Positions 16,025-25,818 of a stretch of DNA of 38,395 nt are shown here, one piece after another (the stretch's first letter is position 1; the number at the start of each line of letters is the position of its first letter). Source of the stretch: a virus (taxonomy: Duplodnaviria; Caudoviricetes); IMG/VR virus record IMGVR_UViG_3300031801_000004, positions 1 through 38,395 of that record; one strand, given 5' to 3'. A program made the position numbers and the translations under genes. The notes under the pieces are model-generated. The model ran no database searches, was not told where the DNA came from, and worked only from the letters and a program-made list of their open reading frames with translations.

Positions 16025-19000
16025 ATGATGATCCGATCGCCAAAGGGTGGGATACGAATTGGGGGGCGCAGCTTTCCTTCTGGGATGCAGATCCCGGAGA
16101 AATACCGCCGGCAATTACAATCCTCTCGTCCCGCCGATCCCGGCCAGGGGTCCACTGCGGGAGTCCCGAACCTCGGACGACCTCCAGTCCCTCACGTGGT
16201 CACGTTCAGCGGGATGGTCACGAGCCTGTCGAAGGCCTACCGAAACAGCGATGAGGCTCTGAGGCATAGCGAAGAAAACGCCCACGCTATGTTAAACGAC
16301 CCGGTGGTTTCGGGTCCTCTATTCGGCCGGCAGATGATGACCGCCTTGCTCAACTGGTCCATCGAGACAGAAGACGATAAAGACCCGAAGCTAAAGGCTT
16401 TAGCGGCTGACCTGACCGACATTATGAAGCGCATTCCGGACTTCACGGAGTACCGCCGGTCGCTTATGGAAGCCGTTTGGTACGGTCGCTGCGCCATCCA
16501 GCACGCTTACGGATTCCACACCAACAGGCACGGGACGAAACGGCGAATCATCCGAAAGTGGACGCCGGTCAGCGGGGATAAGCTGCTGTTTCGGTACGAC
16601 GACGGGACCGGAGATTTTGACCCGGACCAAATCGGCGTGCGGATGTCCGCCGCGCATTCAAAACACGACATTGTCGCAGGCGACCGCCACCTAGAGGCCA
16701 CCGGGGAGGGTCTGGGGTACTTTCTGCAGCCGTGGGAACGCAAGATGTGGGTCTTGCACAAGCACATGATCCGGGACGGCGAGTTCGAGGACCCGATTTC
16801 CGGCGGCCAAATCCACGGTGTTGGCCTGCGACACTTCCTTTACTGGGTCTGGTACCAGAAACAGGAAACTCTCGCCCAGATTGCCGAGCTGATCGACCGC
16901 ACGGGCATGGGGTTCACGATCTACTTCTACCCCAGCGGGAACGAGTCAGCCCGTCAGGAAGTCGAGAAGATTTCCAAGGAGCAAGCTCACACGAACGTGA
17001 TCTTGATGCCGTCCGAGGAGAATGACCAATATCGGGTCGAGCAGATTCCCCCCAATACGCAGGGGCTGGAAGTCCTTCGAAGCGTAGTCGAAGACTTCTT
17101 CGGGGACATGATTACCAGGTTCATCCTTGGCCAAACTCTCAGTTCAAAGTCGTCCTCGACCGGCATGAATTCGGGAGTCGCGGACCTGCAGAAGGACACC
17201 CTGAATCACATCATTCGGTACGACGCGATCAAGCTCGAAGAGACGATCACCAGGGATGTTCTCCACCACCTGAGAGACATAAACTTCCCCAAATATCGCA
17301 ACGTCGACATGTGGTTCCGCATTTCGACGAAGTCCTCGGCTCCCCAGGAAGAGCTGTCGGCGATGATGCAACTGTGGCAAATGGGTGCGCGCATCAAGAC
17401 CGCTGACATCTTCGACCGGCTCGACCTGTCAATGCCGGATCCCGACGACCAGCAGCTGTTCAACCCGCAAATCGTCATGCAGATCGACCAGATGGAGCAA
17501 CAGGAAGGAGCACCCCAGGATCCAATGGGCGGCGCGCCGATGGGAATGCCGCAGGACGGGGACAACGACGGGATGGTCGGCGAAGGCACCGAGGAGTTCG
17601 GGGAAGCTGGAGTCCCCGAGCAGATGGACAAGGAGGCCGAGGAGGAGCGAGAGAAAGAGCGTGTATTCGGTCCGATCATGCACAAAAAGACGGACTTACG
17701 CAAGGACATCTCAGACGCCGCGGCCTACACGGACAGAAATCCCAGCGACAGCCAGCGGGAGGCCGGCAACTACAAGAAGGGACGGTTTTGGTGGAACGGA
17801 CTGGAAATCGCCATCGAGACGCCGCGGGGAGCAAGCAGGCGTCCGGAATGGCCGAAGCTGTCGGCACACTACGGATACATAAAGCTCCACGAGAGCGAGG
17901 CGGACGGGGACCACCTGGACGTGTTTATCGGTCCCTCGCCAGAAAGCGACCTGGTCGTCGTAATTGACCAGGTGACCAAAGGAGGCCGCTTTGACGAGCA
18001 CAAGATAGTCCTGGCCTGCACTTCGACAAAAGAGGCCGTCGAACTCTACAAAGACTCATACTCGTCAGGGTTTAAGGTCGGTCCAGTTACGACAATGACG
18101 GTCGAACAGTTCAAATTCTGGCTGACCGACGGTTCGACTAAGAAACCAATCAACGCGCAGGTATCGAGGTACCGCAAGTACGCGAAACAGCTTAGCCTGT
18201 GGGACGACGATGCGCACCCACGCGCGACCGAGCACGTCAACATTGATGGGCGTACCTACGAGTCCGGCCAGTGGGTTCCGAAGGACAAGGCGGCCGAGGC
18301 TACCCCTAAGGAGCAAGAGTCGATCGAGATGGTTGACGAAGAGACCGGTGAGACCGAGCCTTTTGAAGACACGGAACAAGTTGAAACTGACTCAACACCC
18401 ATGGATCCCGGGACAAAGCTTAAGTCCGGCCAGGCCGTTCATGGTTACTACAGCAACGGCATAGACGAGGTTAAGTTTTCTGGGAAGGTCGGAAGCATCC
18501 ATACGGATACGGCTGGTGGTAATTTCAAAACAGCCAGGATTACTCTCGATAATCCTGTCACGATGTCTTCCACGGGCGAGCGAACTGTATTCACGGCCAC
18601 GCTAAGCGACACCAGCGAGCTACACGACAGTAAATTCTCGTCGCAGTCGAAAATGGCAGAGGAAATTGAGGAGTCACCCGAGGAATCCATGCAACTGGAC
18701 AAGAAAGGTCCAGCGGGGCTAACCAAATCCGAGGCGATGGCCAAGGCAATGGAAGGCAGTAATCGTAATGTGGCCAGTTATGACCAGGCCGTTCATGCTA
18801 CCTATCTCTATACCGGAACCTCTTCATCTGATTGGAGTTCCGTTCCAATCAAGGACTTCAGAGATGTTGATGATGGCAATGGTGGACAGGTATCAATGCC
18901 GGAGTTTGATTTCCCTAGCGGCTACAAGCAGGCGGACGTGATTTTCGGTAATGAAGGTGGCAATGTTGGCTCTGGTTCCTGTGAGTTGTGCGGACATTCC

Positions 19001-20056
19001 ATCAAGAACAATTACCACATTCAAAATGATAAAGACAAACTCACGATGCAGGTAGGAAGTGAGTGCGTAACTAACTTTGCTGAGGGAGAGAGTGGAGCCA
19101 AATTGGCGAAAAAGGCCAAGGCTGAAATGAATCGCGACATGCTCCGCCAAGTGTGGACAGCTCGCGATGATCTAGCAAAAGTCTGGGGCGACCAGAACCA
19201 AAAAACTGGCAAGTGGGAAATCAGAAAAGGACAGGTGTACTACAAGATTGCCGCCAGGGATTACCAAAACGAACCCAAGGACAAGCGTTTTGGAGGATTT
19301 GAAAATAAGGATCTGGAACGCCAAGTCAGGCAGCGGTCACATGAAATCGAAAAGTTGTACCAGAGAATCGACAAAGTGGCCAGCAACTCAAAGGGAGATC
19401 CCATCCCGGCTGATGACTACGAGAATGTTACCCAGCGCTGGCATGACAATCGTTCTTATGGTGGAGGACAGGGAGGGTGGCGGACGCAGACGCACAAGAT
19501 GGAAGCTACTGCGGATGGGGTAATTACCCGATGGGCAAAGGCTCGCAAAGATGATGTCCGGGAAGTTTTGGAGCAGGTGGATGAGATTTTAGGACGATCC
19601 GGAACTGACGAAAGGGCGGCCGGTGACGGCGAACAGGATAACACTCCAGAGATTCCCCAAAAGAGCGCCAAGCAGTACGCCAAGGACCTGGACACAGAAC
19701 GGCTCTCGCCGTTGTTCGACGACGGCCACCTCGACCAGGAGACGATCGAGCACCTGCGACAGATAGCCGGCGACTTCATCAGTGGCACGGAGATTCCCCG
19801 GGACGCCGTTGTCGACGTTCAGTTGACGGGGTCGATGTCCGGCTACAACTGGAACAACGGGAGCGACATCGACCTGCATATTATTGTTGACCCCGAGCTC
19901 TTGCTAGCACCCCCCGAACTCCTCTCGGACTATTTTTACAACGTATCGGCCAACTGGAACGCCCGCCATTCGGTGACCATCGGAGGCCACGAGGTTGAAG
20001 TATTCGTTGAGCCCATGAAAGAAACGATCGGAGACCTCTTGGTAGTGGCGACATGA
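16025..20056 (+). CDS. Portal protein (DUF935/Mu gp29-like) fused to inorganic-pyrophosphatase-like, Zn-ribbon and N-terminal nucleotidyltransferase domains
   Basis: Portal: AVWYG, G.GL...YW.W..K, ILGQTLSS. PPase-like: AGNYKKG...IETPRG...HYGYI...DGDHLDVFIGP...FDEHK. CELCG...VGSEC. NTase: LTGSMSGYNWNNGSDIDLHI...EVEVFVE. Confidence 0.85.
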   Translation: MMIRSPKGGIRIGGRSFPSGMQIPEKYRRQLQSSRPADPGQGSTAGVPNLGRPPVPHVVTFSGMVTSLSKAYRNSDEALRHSEENAHAMLNDPVVSGPLFGRQMMTALLNWSIETEDDKDPKLKALAADLTDIMKRIPDFTEYRRSLMEAVWYGRCAIQHAYGFHTNRHGTKRRIIRKWTPVSGDKLLFRYDDGTGDFDPDQIGVRMSAAHSKHDIVAGDRHLEATGEGLGYFLQPWERKMWVLHKHMIRDGEFEDPISGGQIHGVGLRHFLYWVWYQKQETLAQIAELIDRTGMGFTIYFYPSGNESARQEVEKISKEQAHTNVILMPSEENDQYRVEQIPPNTQGLEVLRSVVEDFFGDMITRFILGQTLSSKSSSTGMNSGVADLQKDTLNHIIRYDAIKLEETITRDVLHHLRDINFPKYRNVDMWFRISTKSSAPQEELSAMMQLWQMGARIKTADIFDRLDLSMPDPDDQQLFNPQIVMQIDQMEQQEGAPQDPMGGAPMGMPQDGDNDGMVGEGTEEFGEAGVPEQMDKEAEEEREKERVFGPIMHKKTDLRKDISDAAAYTDRNPSDSQREAGNYKKGRFWWNGLEIAIETPRGASRRPEWPKLSAHYGYIKLHESEADGDHLDVFIGPSPESDLVVVIDQVTKGGRFDEHKIVLACTSTKEAVELYKDSYSSGFKVGPVTTMTVEQFKFWLTDGSTKKPINAQVSRYRKYAKQLSLWDDDAHPRATEHVNIDGRTYESGQWVPKDKAAEATPKEQESIEMVDEETGETEPFEDTEQVETDSTPMDPGTKLKSGQAVHGYYSNGIDEVKFSGKVGSIHTDTAGGNFKTARITLDNPVTMSSTGERTVFTATLSDTSELHDSKFSSQSKMAEEIEESPEESMQLDKKGPAGLTKSEAMAKAMEGSNRNVASYDQAVHATYLYTGTSSSDWSSVPIKDFRDVDDGNGGQVSMPEFDFPSGYKQADVIFGNEGGNVGSGSCELCGHSIKNNYHIQNDKDKLTMQVGSECVTNFAEGESGAKLAKKAKAEMNRDMLRQVWTARDDLAKVWGDQNQKTGKWEIRKGQVYYKIAARDYQNEPKDKRFGGFENKDLERQVRQRSHEIEKLYQRIDKVASNSKGDPIPADDYENVTQRWHDNRSYGGGQGGWRTQTHKMEATADGVITRWAKARKDDVREVLEQVDEILGRSGTDERAAGDGEQDNTPEIPQKSAKQYAKDLDTERLSPLFDDGHLDQETIEHLRQIAGDFISGTEIPRDAVVDVQLTGSMSGYNWNNGSDIDLHIIVDPELLLAPPELLSDYFYNVSANWNARHSVTIGGHEVEVFVEPMKETIGDLLVVAT

Positions 20057-20232
20057 CGTGGAACGTCTACATCACGGCGGGCGGGAAGGAATACCCAGCG
20101 CCCCGAAGCCCGTTCGGTAGCATCCTGTCTGTCCTGGAAGGCCTGGCAGATAACCTCGAAACGATGGTACCAGTGCTGGACGTGACTGCCATTCGAATCG
20201 AAGCCGCCGATGACGAGGAGGATTACATCTAA
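20053..20232 (+). CDS. Small hypothetical protein (59 aa, not in ORF track)
   Basis: MTWNVYITAGGKEY...DDEEDYI; ATGA overlap with the portal stop. Confidence 0.45.
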   Translation: MTWNVYITAGGKEYPAPRSPFGSILSVLEGLADNLETMVPVLDVTAIRIEAADDEEDYI

Positions 20233-20387
20233 TGGCAAATCCAACGAACACTGCCGCTGAAATCTTGAAACTGTTATTCCTTCTGTTCTGCCTCTGCTTG
20301 CTGGTTTCAGTGGTTAATCCTCGTGTATGGAATGCAATAACCCCAGAACTGCTGCACGTTCCGACGCGGGAGCATGACAATGGATGA
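20232..20387 (+). CDS. Small membrane protein (51 aa, not in ORF track)
   Basis: MANPTNTAAEILKLLFLLFCLCLLVSVV...; TAATG overlap; one hydrophobic helix. Confidence 0.45.
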   Translation: MANPTNTAAEILKLLFLLFCLCLLVSVVNPRVWNAITPELLHVPTREHDNG

Positions 20388-20610
20388 CGCGACGAATGTG
20401 ATAGTTCACCGGTCAGAATTTCAAAGCCAGCTGGCCGCGCTGATCAACGAATTCAGCAAGGACTCTGAGTGCAATACCCAGGATTTCGTTTTGGCTATGT
20501 ATCTCGACGACTGCCTCAGATCGTTCGGTCGCGCTACCGCCCGCCGCGAGCAGCTACTCCAGGATGACGTCAAGTCTGAATTCGACCTACGCGAACCGCT
20601 GAAGGGCTAA
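20374..20610 (+). CDS. Conserved small phage protein
   Basis: FQSQLAALINEFSKDSECNTQDFVLAMYL resembles a recurrent phage family (E..SNTPDFILA.YL). Confidence 0.6.
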   Translation: MTMDDATNVIVHRSEFQSQLAALINEFSKDSECNTQDFVLAMYLDDCLRSFGRATARREQLLQDDVKSEFDLREPLKG

Positions 20611-20612
20611 CA

Positions 20613-22013
20613 ATGGTTGCTGGCCAAGGACGATACTCGATAATTCGCAACGAGTGGGACACGCTTCCTGGTGACGCCCCGGAGAGCGACGAGGCTTGCG
20701 TGCAGCGCAAAGCCAGTTCACTTCGCGCCACGATCGAAGAGGCTCTGGATGTCGACGACCCGACTGTCCTCGCGAGACTCCTGGAGCGTATTCACGCCTT
20801 CCGGACACACGGCGTTGCGTCGGCACTGGGCGAGTTCTCGCTCGAAAACCTGGTCTACAAGCTACTTCGAAACGACGGCACCATCGAGAAGCTTAAGGAA
20901 GCCGCGATACGGAGCTACGACGAGTCCCTAAGCTACGCGCAAAAGTACGCCAAGTGGATGCCCTACACCGGACCCCGCGGAGGGCGCGGCTGGCAAAACA
21001 CGGAAACCGGGGAGAAGTTCTACGGGAGCGACCCGCCTGGTGAACGAAAGGCCGCGCAGCCGGATGATATCGGTGAACCTAATCACGCTGCTGATACGAT
21101 AAATCAGGTAACGGCTGATCTCAGGAAAAGTCTGGCTGGCAGGTCCGGGCGCGAAACCGGCACCCCGAAACCAAAGGCCGGCGGCAAGACTGGTCTGTCG
21201 CAAAAACTGGACAGTGCTGAGTTCGGGACTGAAATCGAGGGATGGACGAAAACCGACATCCCCGAAATGAACATGTCCGGATGGAGCAACGGCGAGACCA
21301 TGCTCACGGACGAGCAAATGCTCAAGTTCAATAATTCTGACGTGGCGAATCACTTCAAGGAGCAGGAACCTGAGCAGCCGCAAGCAGCGAGTCCACAAAA
21401 GCCCGCGAAGCCTGCAAGGCCAGCCAAACCGCCAGTACGATCAAAGACGAGCGCCGCGTCCAGGCCGTTCACGGACGACGAAAAGCAATCCATTCACAAC
21501 GTCGCCAAGGTGTTCGGTATAGCTCCGGGAGATATCAGAAACGACGCGCGACTGCAGCAGTTCCTGAAGCTCACGGCCAGGAACGTGGGGTTCGACCCAG
21601 AGACAGCGGGTCCAGACCTCACAGACCAAGCCCTGGCGTCTGCGGAGTACCTGAACACTCAATCAAAGTACCTCGAACACGTCGTTGAGATGGCAAAAGC
21701 CTACAAGTGGAAAGGAGGCACGGGGAGAGAATTAGCGGTGAAATCACGCAACGCCGCGCACCACCTTCTGAAAACAGCAACCGCCCAGGGCTACCAGCCT
21801 ACAGGCGACAGCCAGAAAGACATCGAAGGCGCAATCAACTTCTTGCAGGATCAGGAGACAGAGCAGCCGGGCGACAACAACGCCATAACGGACATTCTGA
21901 AAATGCTCTTGCAGAAGCCCGAGAAGATCAGCGCGGCGCACGTGGTTGGCGCGGTACTGGGATTTTGGTTAGCCTATAGAACGGTCAGGCGAAGAAAACG
22001 TAGTCGTCGATAA
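20613..22013 (+). CDS. C-terminal half of the phage nucleotidyltransferase fused to further cargo domains
   Basis: GRYSIIRNEW...P...FR..G....GEFSLENLVYKLLRNDG.IEKL continues the NTase family begun at the portal end. Then YAKWMPYTGPRGGRGW and a C-terminal hydrophobic plus basic tail. Confidence 0.75.
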   Translation: MVAGQGRYSIIRNEWDTLPGDAPESDEACVQRKASSLRATIEEALDVDDPTVLARLLERIHAFRTHGVASALGEFSLENLVYKLLRNDGTIEKLKEAAIRSYDESLSYAQKYAKWMPYTGPRGGRGWQNTETGEKFYGSDPPGERKAAQPDDIGEPNHAADTINQVTADLRKSLAGRSGRETGTPKPKAGGKTGLSQKLDSAEFGTEIEGWTKTDIPEMNMSGWSNGETMLTDEQMLKFNNSDVANHFKEQEPEQPQAASPQKPAKPARPAKPPVRSKTSAASRPFTDDEKQSIHNVAKVFGIAPGDIRNDARLQQFLKLTARNVGFDPETAGPDLTDQALASAEYLNTQSKYLEHVVEMAKAYKWKGGTGRELAVKSRNAAHHLLKTATAQGYQPTGDSQKDIEGAINFLQDQETEQPGDNNAITDILKMLLQKPEKISAAHVVGAVLGFWLAYRTVRRRKRSRR

Positions 22014-22046
22014 CGATCCACCGGGCGAATCCCACGCCCGGCCACC

Positions 22047-22087
22047 GGACGCCAGAGGTTCCTCCATCCCTCTGGCGTCCTTCTTTT
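22047..22087 (+). terminator. Rho-independent terminator
   Basis: Perfect 12-bp stem GGACGCCAGAGG/CCTCTGGCGTCC followed by TTCTTTT. A second hairpin lies at 22021-22041. Confidence 0.8.
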
Positions 22088-22147
22088 AGGGCGCAATCAA
22101 CTTCCTGCAGTCAGGGATACGATGCGTCCCCGCACGCATAAACGTAC

Positions 22148-22558
22148 CTAGTCGTCGTCGATAACCTCTCCGTCTACGACAGTTCTTCCGTCTCTCGTGG
22201 CCAGCTTCAGCTGACTTGGGTCCCCGTCGTCCCCACCGCTGCTGCGAACGATCAGCGTGTGCTTGCCGTCCTGGGTCAGGCCGCCCATCGCCGTACTTAC
22301 GGCTTTCGGAGGGTCTGGCAGGTTTGTCTTGATCTCGGAGCTGATCTCGTAAGCATCGTTTGTCGGATTATCCCCCTTGGTGTGCTTGACTTTGACCTTG
22401 AGGGTCATTTCCGCTGAGCACCCGATCGCTTTAAGGCCATACGTCAGCAGGTGCCGGCGCAACGCGTTGTTGATCTTCGCAAATGCCTTCTCCGCATTAT
22501 CCAGCAACTCACCCTCTTCTGCGTTTGCAAGCGTGGATGGGATCCATGGTGTCGCCAT
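22148..22558 (-). CDS. Hypothetical protein (YfdP-like partner of DUF2303)
   Basis: L.....G.L...AE...... MTLKVKV...I....K..LP pattern; adjacent to the DUF2303-like gene. Confidence 0.55.
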   Translation of the reverse strand: MATPWIPSTLANAEEGELLDNAEKAFAKINNALRRHLLTYGLKAIGCSAEMTLKVKVKHTKGDNPTNDAYEISSEIKTNLPDPPKAVSTAMGGLTQDGKHTLIVRSSGGDDGDPSQLKLATRDGRTVVDGEVIDDD

Positions 22559-22666
22559 TCTGTGCGTCCTTTCGTTGTTTACGATGTAAGCTGGGCGCGT
22601 GGTCCCGTTAAAGCCGCGATAAGCCAGCGTCGAGTAAAAAATGGCTCCTCGCGGCCATTAAAAACT

Positions 22667-23542
22667 TCAACCGGCCTCGTATTCCAAATACCTCCACTCG
22701 GAATGGCGAACGTAGCCCATCGCCACAACCGCGTCCAAGCTGGCCATCGCGCCGATCATTTCATGAAACACATCGCACTTGGACTGCAGCATAGTGGAAG
22801 ATGTCACGTGAACGACAATATCGTCTTTCCTCTTGGTCACGAGCAAGTCGAACTCAATTGGGACGGACGGCGTACCGATGAAGATTGGGCAGAGAACTGT
22901 AATGCTATCCGGGATGTCCACCGGTTCTGACCGCAGCTCTCCTTGGATTTTCGTCTCCACCACGATGCCGTTTATCGAGCGCGCTCCTTGGCCTCGATTC
23001 AGGGTCATCACGCTGTCGGCCGTGACTTGGCTGAGCATAAATGCCAGCTCCTTACCTGCCTGAGGATCGGCTCCACCAGCGCGACCCTCATAGGTCGATA
23101 TACATCGACGGTGCGTCATGCAGTGTGTCGCAAAATCAAGTACCGGCATGGTCTTACCGATCACCGTGTGCCACGGCTCCAGCACCGGGTGAATCAGCGG
23201 CACAAGAGTCACAATTTCAAAACCGTCGTCTGACGCTTCATTGAGTATCGCCTCGACCTCGCAAGACTCAGCGTTCGCCAGAACTAACGTGTCGTCGGTC
23301 CTGTACTTTTGGAGGTATGCCACAAAACCCTCCACATCGTGAAAGACGTGGCCTCTCCCGGGGCTCTCGATTCTCTGCCACTGCTGGGGCGGTTCCGGCT
23401 GCAGGACCCTCTGTTCAACCACGAGGGACACGCTGTCGGCTTTGTCACCATCCCCAAGGTCCAGAACCTCCTTTGCTACCGTCAATGCCGTCGCCTGACC
23501 CTCGACAACGTTCCGTAGAAGATCGTCTAATGTTTTGGTCAT
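22667..23542 (-). CDS. DUF2303 (YfdQ)-like phage protein
   Basis: FHDVEGFVAYL, A.LN, W......M...DFA, IPDSITV..PIF.G. ATG 23542 with AAGGAG RBS. Confidence 0.6.
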   Translation of the reverse strand: MTKTLDDLLRNVVEGQATALTVAKEVLDLGDGDKADSVSLVVEQRVLQPEPPQQWQRIESPGRGHVFHDVEGFVAYLQKYRTDDTLVLANAESCEVEAILNEASDDGFEIVTLVPLIHPVLEPWHTVIGKTMPVLDFATHCMTHRRCISTYEGRAGGADPQAGKELAFMLSQVTADSVMTLNRGQGARSINGIVVETKIQGELRSEPVDIPDSITVLCPIFIGTPSVPIEFDLLVTKRKDDIVVHVTSSTMLQSKCDVFHEMIGAMASLDAVVAMGYVRHSEWRYLEYEAG

Positions 23543-23588
23543 TGCCCTTTTACTCCTTCGCGGTAAGTGATAATATCTGACTGACGTG

Positions 23589-23617
23589 AGTATCGGATAG
23601 GTGTTTAGATGCGTCAA
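23589..23617 (-). promoter_or_regulatory. Sigma70-like promoter for the DUF2303-like operon
   Basis: TTGACG-17 nt-GATACT, ~45 nt upstream of ATG 23542. Confidence 0.55.
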
Positions 23618-23636
23618 CCTCATGGGAGGAAAAGTC

Positions 23637-23837
23637 ATGCAACGATCAGAAATTATTGAATCATTGACTGACCGTGGACAGGCGGCTGTTTGCAGGGGAT
23701 ACCGGCTGACCCCACAAGACCGGAGGCGAAAACGGTGGTCTGCGGAAGCGGACGGGTACGCGGAGCTGGTGCGCATGATGCGCGTGATTCACTTTCAAAA
23801 ACCAGCGGTTCGGCGCCGCCTGTCACGGACCAATTAA
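23637..23837 (+). CDS. Small Arg-rich hypothetical protein
   Basis: GGAGG RBS, ATG 23637, ends 3 nt before the next gene. Confidence 0.5.
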   Translation: MQRSEIIESLTDRGQAAVCRGYRLTPQDRRRKRWSAEADGYAELVRMMRVIHFQKPAVRRRLSRTN

Positions 23838-23840
23838 CCC

Positions 23841-24653
23841 ATGCCAATCACTGCACTTGCACCCTGGTTCGGATCCAATCGAATGCTAGGAGAACACGTT
23901 GGTGAGCTGTTATCTGGCTGCAGCTGGGTAGGCGTTCCGTTTGCCGGTGGGATGTCAGAGCTGCCTCACATCAGGGCTCGCACGATCGTTGCTAACGACC
24001 TGCACCGTCACGTCATCAATCTGGCGGACGTGGTGGCGTGCCCCGACCGCGGACCAAAACTGAAGGGTTACCTCGAATCCCTTCTGTTTCACGAAACGGT
24101 CCTGGAGAGGGCGCAACAGGCCTGTCTCTCGTCGGAGTCACGGGAGGGAGACGCGGTTGAATGGGCGGCGGCATACTTCGTGTGCTGCTGGCAGGGTCGC
24201 AGCTCGAAGGCCGGCACGAAAGGTGAATTCAACAACTCACTTTCTCTTCGCTGGGATGCGGGCGGGGGTGACTCGGCCAAGCGGTACTGTTCTGCGGTCG
24301 AATCGCTTGACCTGTGGATGAAAGAGTTTCGCCGCGTCACGTTCACGTGCATGGACGTGTTCGCGTTTCTCGACAAGTGCAAGGACCGCGAGAATCACGG
24401 CATCTACTGCGACGCGCCTTTCCCTGGATTCGGTGCCCAGTACCAACACACCATGAGCGAAAGCCAGCACATTGCTCTCGCTGAGCAACTATCGGACTAC
24501 AACGCGGCCGTTGTCGTGTGTCGGTTTTACGACGAACCGTTAATTCGTGAATTCTATCCGGAGAGTTTATGGAAGTGGGCACACCTCGACGGACGGTCCC
24601 AGTCGAACGCTAAGACTCCAGAAGTGCTATTGGTGCGGGGGGGAGACGCATAG
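23841..24653 (+). CDS. Dam/D12-class DNA adenine methyltransferase
   Basis: PWFGS, PFAGGMS (motif I), NDL, IYCDAPF (DPPY-like), EVLL. Confidence 0.8.
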   Translation: MPITALAPWFGSNRMLGEHVGELLSGCSWVGVPFAGGMSELPHIRARTIVANDLHRHVINLADVVACPDRGPKLKGYLESLLFHETVLERAQQACLSSESREGDAVEWAAAYFVCCWQGRSSKAGTKGEFNNSLSLRWDAGGGDSAKRYCSAVESLDLWMKEFRRVTFTCMDVFAFLDKCKDRENHGIYCDAPFPGFGAQYQHTMSESQHIALAEQLSDYNAAVVVCRFYDEPLIREFYPESLWKWAHLDGRSQSNAKTPEVLLVRGGDA

Positions 24654-25367
24654 ATGACATTAAGGCAATCCGGGATTCGGAAGAACCAAAAAACAAAACT
24701 CTTCGAAACATGGATTAGATTCCGCGGAGAAGTGCACGTAATTTCGCAGCATGAACACAGAGGCCTCATGGTGGCTGTCGAGAGCCTGTCAAGCACAATT
24801 GTTTCTTCTGTAGAATTCGGATTTGTTCCGTCGCATATGGAAATCTCCTGCCTGGAACAGTTAGGCCTGGATACCGTAACAGCTCTCGAACGAATACTCG
24901 CCGTCACTCTTGACGCCAGTGTCCTTTACGAACTAGAGGAATCAGAGAACCAGAGACGAACGGAACAACAAGTGACGTTCCTTCTCCGGCAAGCGGAGGA
25001 ACGCACGGCACTCAAGCTGTCACTGCCGCAAGGACGCGTCCGGATTCAGAGGGAATCAGTGGAGTACCCAACCGTACCGACATGCCGCGTACCTGCAACA
25101 TTGGAGGGCACTGACATTCCGGAGTCCCCGGGCGTTTATTTCGTCTGGAACGGAGAGTCGATTTCATATGTCGGTCAGTCCCGCGTACTGCGACGGCGTG
25201 CAACGATTTCGCATGATCGTATCGTTCTTGGGAATTGGCTGTCATTTCTAGAGTTTCCGGAGCTGGATCTCCTGTACGCTGAGTCCTACTACATAGGAAT
25301 ATGTCGTCCGGTGGATAACTTCACCTCGCACCGGACATCCAGTCTGGATCTTGTCACGAAAGGATAG
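24654..25367 (+). CDS. GIY-YIG domain-containing protein
   Basis: C-terminal PGVYFVW....ISYVGQS..LRRR...H...E..YI....P..N. Confidence 0.7.
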   Translation: MTLRQSGIRKNQKTKLFETWIRFRGEVHVISQHEHRGLMVAVESLSSTIVSSVEFGFVPSHMEISCLEQLGLDTVTALERILAVTLDASVLYELEESENQRRTEQQVTFLLRQAEERTALKLSLPQGRVRIQRESVEYPTVPTCRVPATLEGTDIPESPGVYFVWNGESISYVGQSRVLRRRATISHDRIVLGNWLSFLEFPELDLLYAESYYIGICRPVDNFTSHRTSSLDLVTKG

Positions 25368-25370
25368 TAT

Positions 25371-25589
25371 ATGTCTACCGACTGGCACGGTCCAAAACCG
25401 CCGCCAATAGTCATGTTCTTGATAGCATGTCTCTTCCTCGCGTACTTCGTTGTTGTGGTGTTTGTTTGGCCTGGAGTACGACATCGGAACATCGTCAAAC
25501 AGCGTCACCAATGGGCGGTCGACGCCGGGCAGGCGCACTGGGTCGCGGACGAACAGACAGGCAAACCGCAATTCGAGTGGAACAGGTAA
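25371..25589 (+). CDS. Small membrane protein
   Basis: One TM helix (IVMFLIACLFLAYFVVVVFVW); AAGGA RBS. Confidence 0.6.
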   Translation: MSTDWHGPKPPPIVMFLIACLFLAYFVVVVFVWPGVRHRNIVKQRHQWAVDAGQAHWVADEQTGKPQFEWNR

Positions 25590-25593
25590 ACAC

Positions 25594-25818
25594 ATGGCAA
25601 TCATTTCAGCCATCTGCGATTGTTGCGACACCCTCACGGTGGATTGCTCTGCAACCTATGAGGGAGTCCTCTGCCGGAAATGTTCCCTGGGGTATCAAGT
25701 ATCATTCTTGCGCAGCCAACAGGACTCGGCGTCGACAATGATGAAGTTGCACCAGGATAATTTTAATGAACTTCAGATCCAAATTGACGCCCACGAGAAA
25801 GAGCTAGAATCATTATGA
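25594..25818 (+). CDS. Small Zn-finger-like hypothetical protein
   Basis: CDCC...CRKC followed by a coiled coil. Confidence 0.5.
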   Translation: MAIISAICDCCDTLTVDCSATYEGVLCRKCSLGYQVSFLRSQQDSASTMMKLHQDNFNELQIQIDAHEKELESL

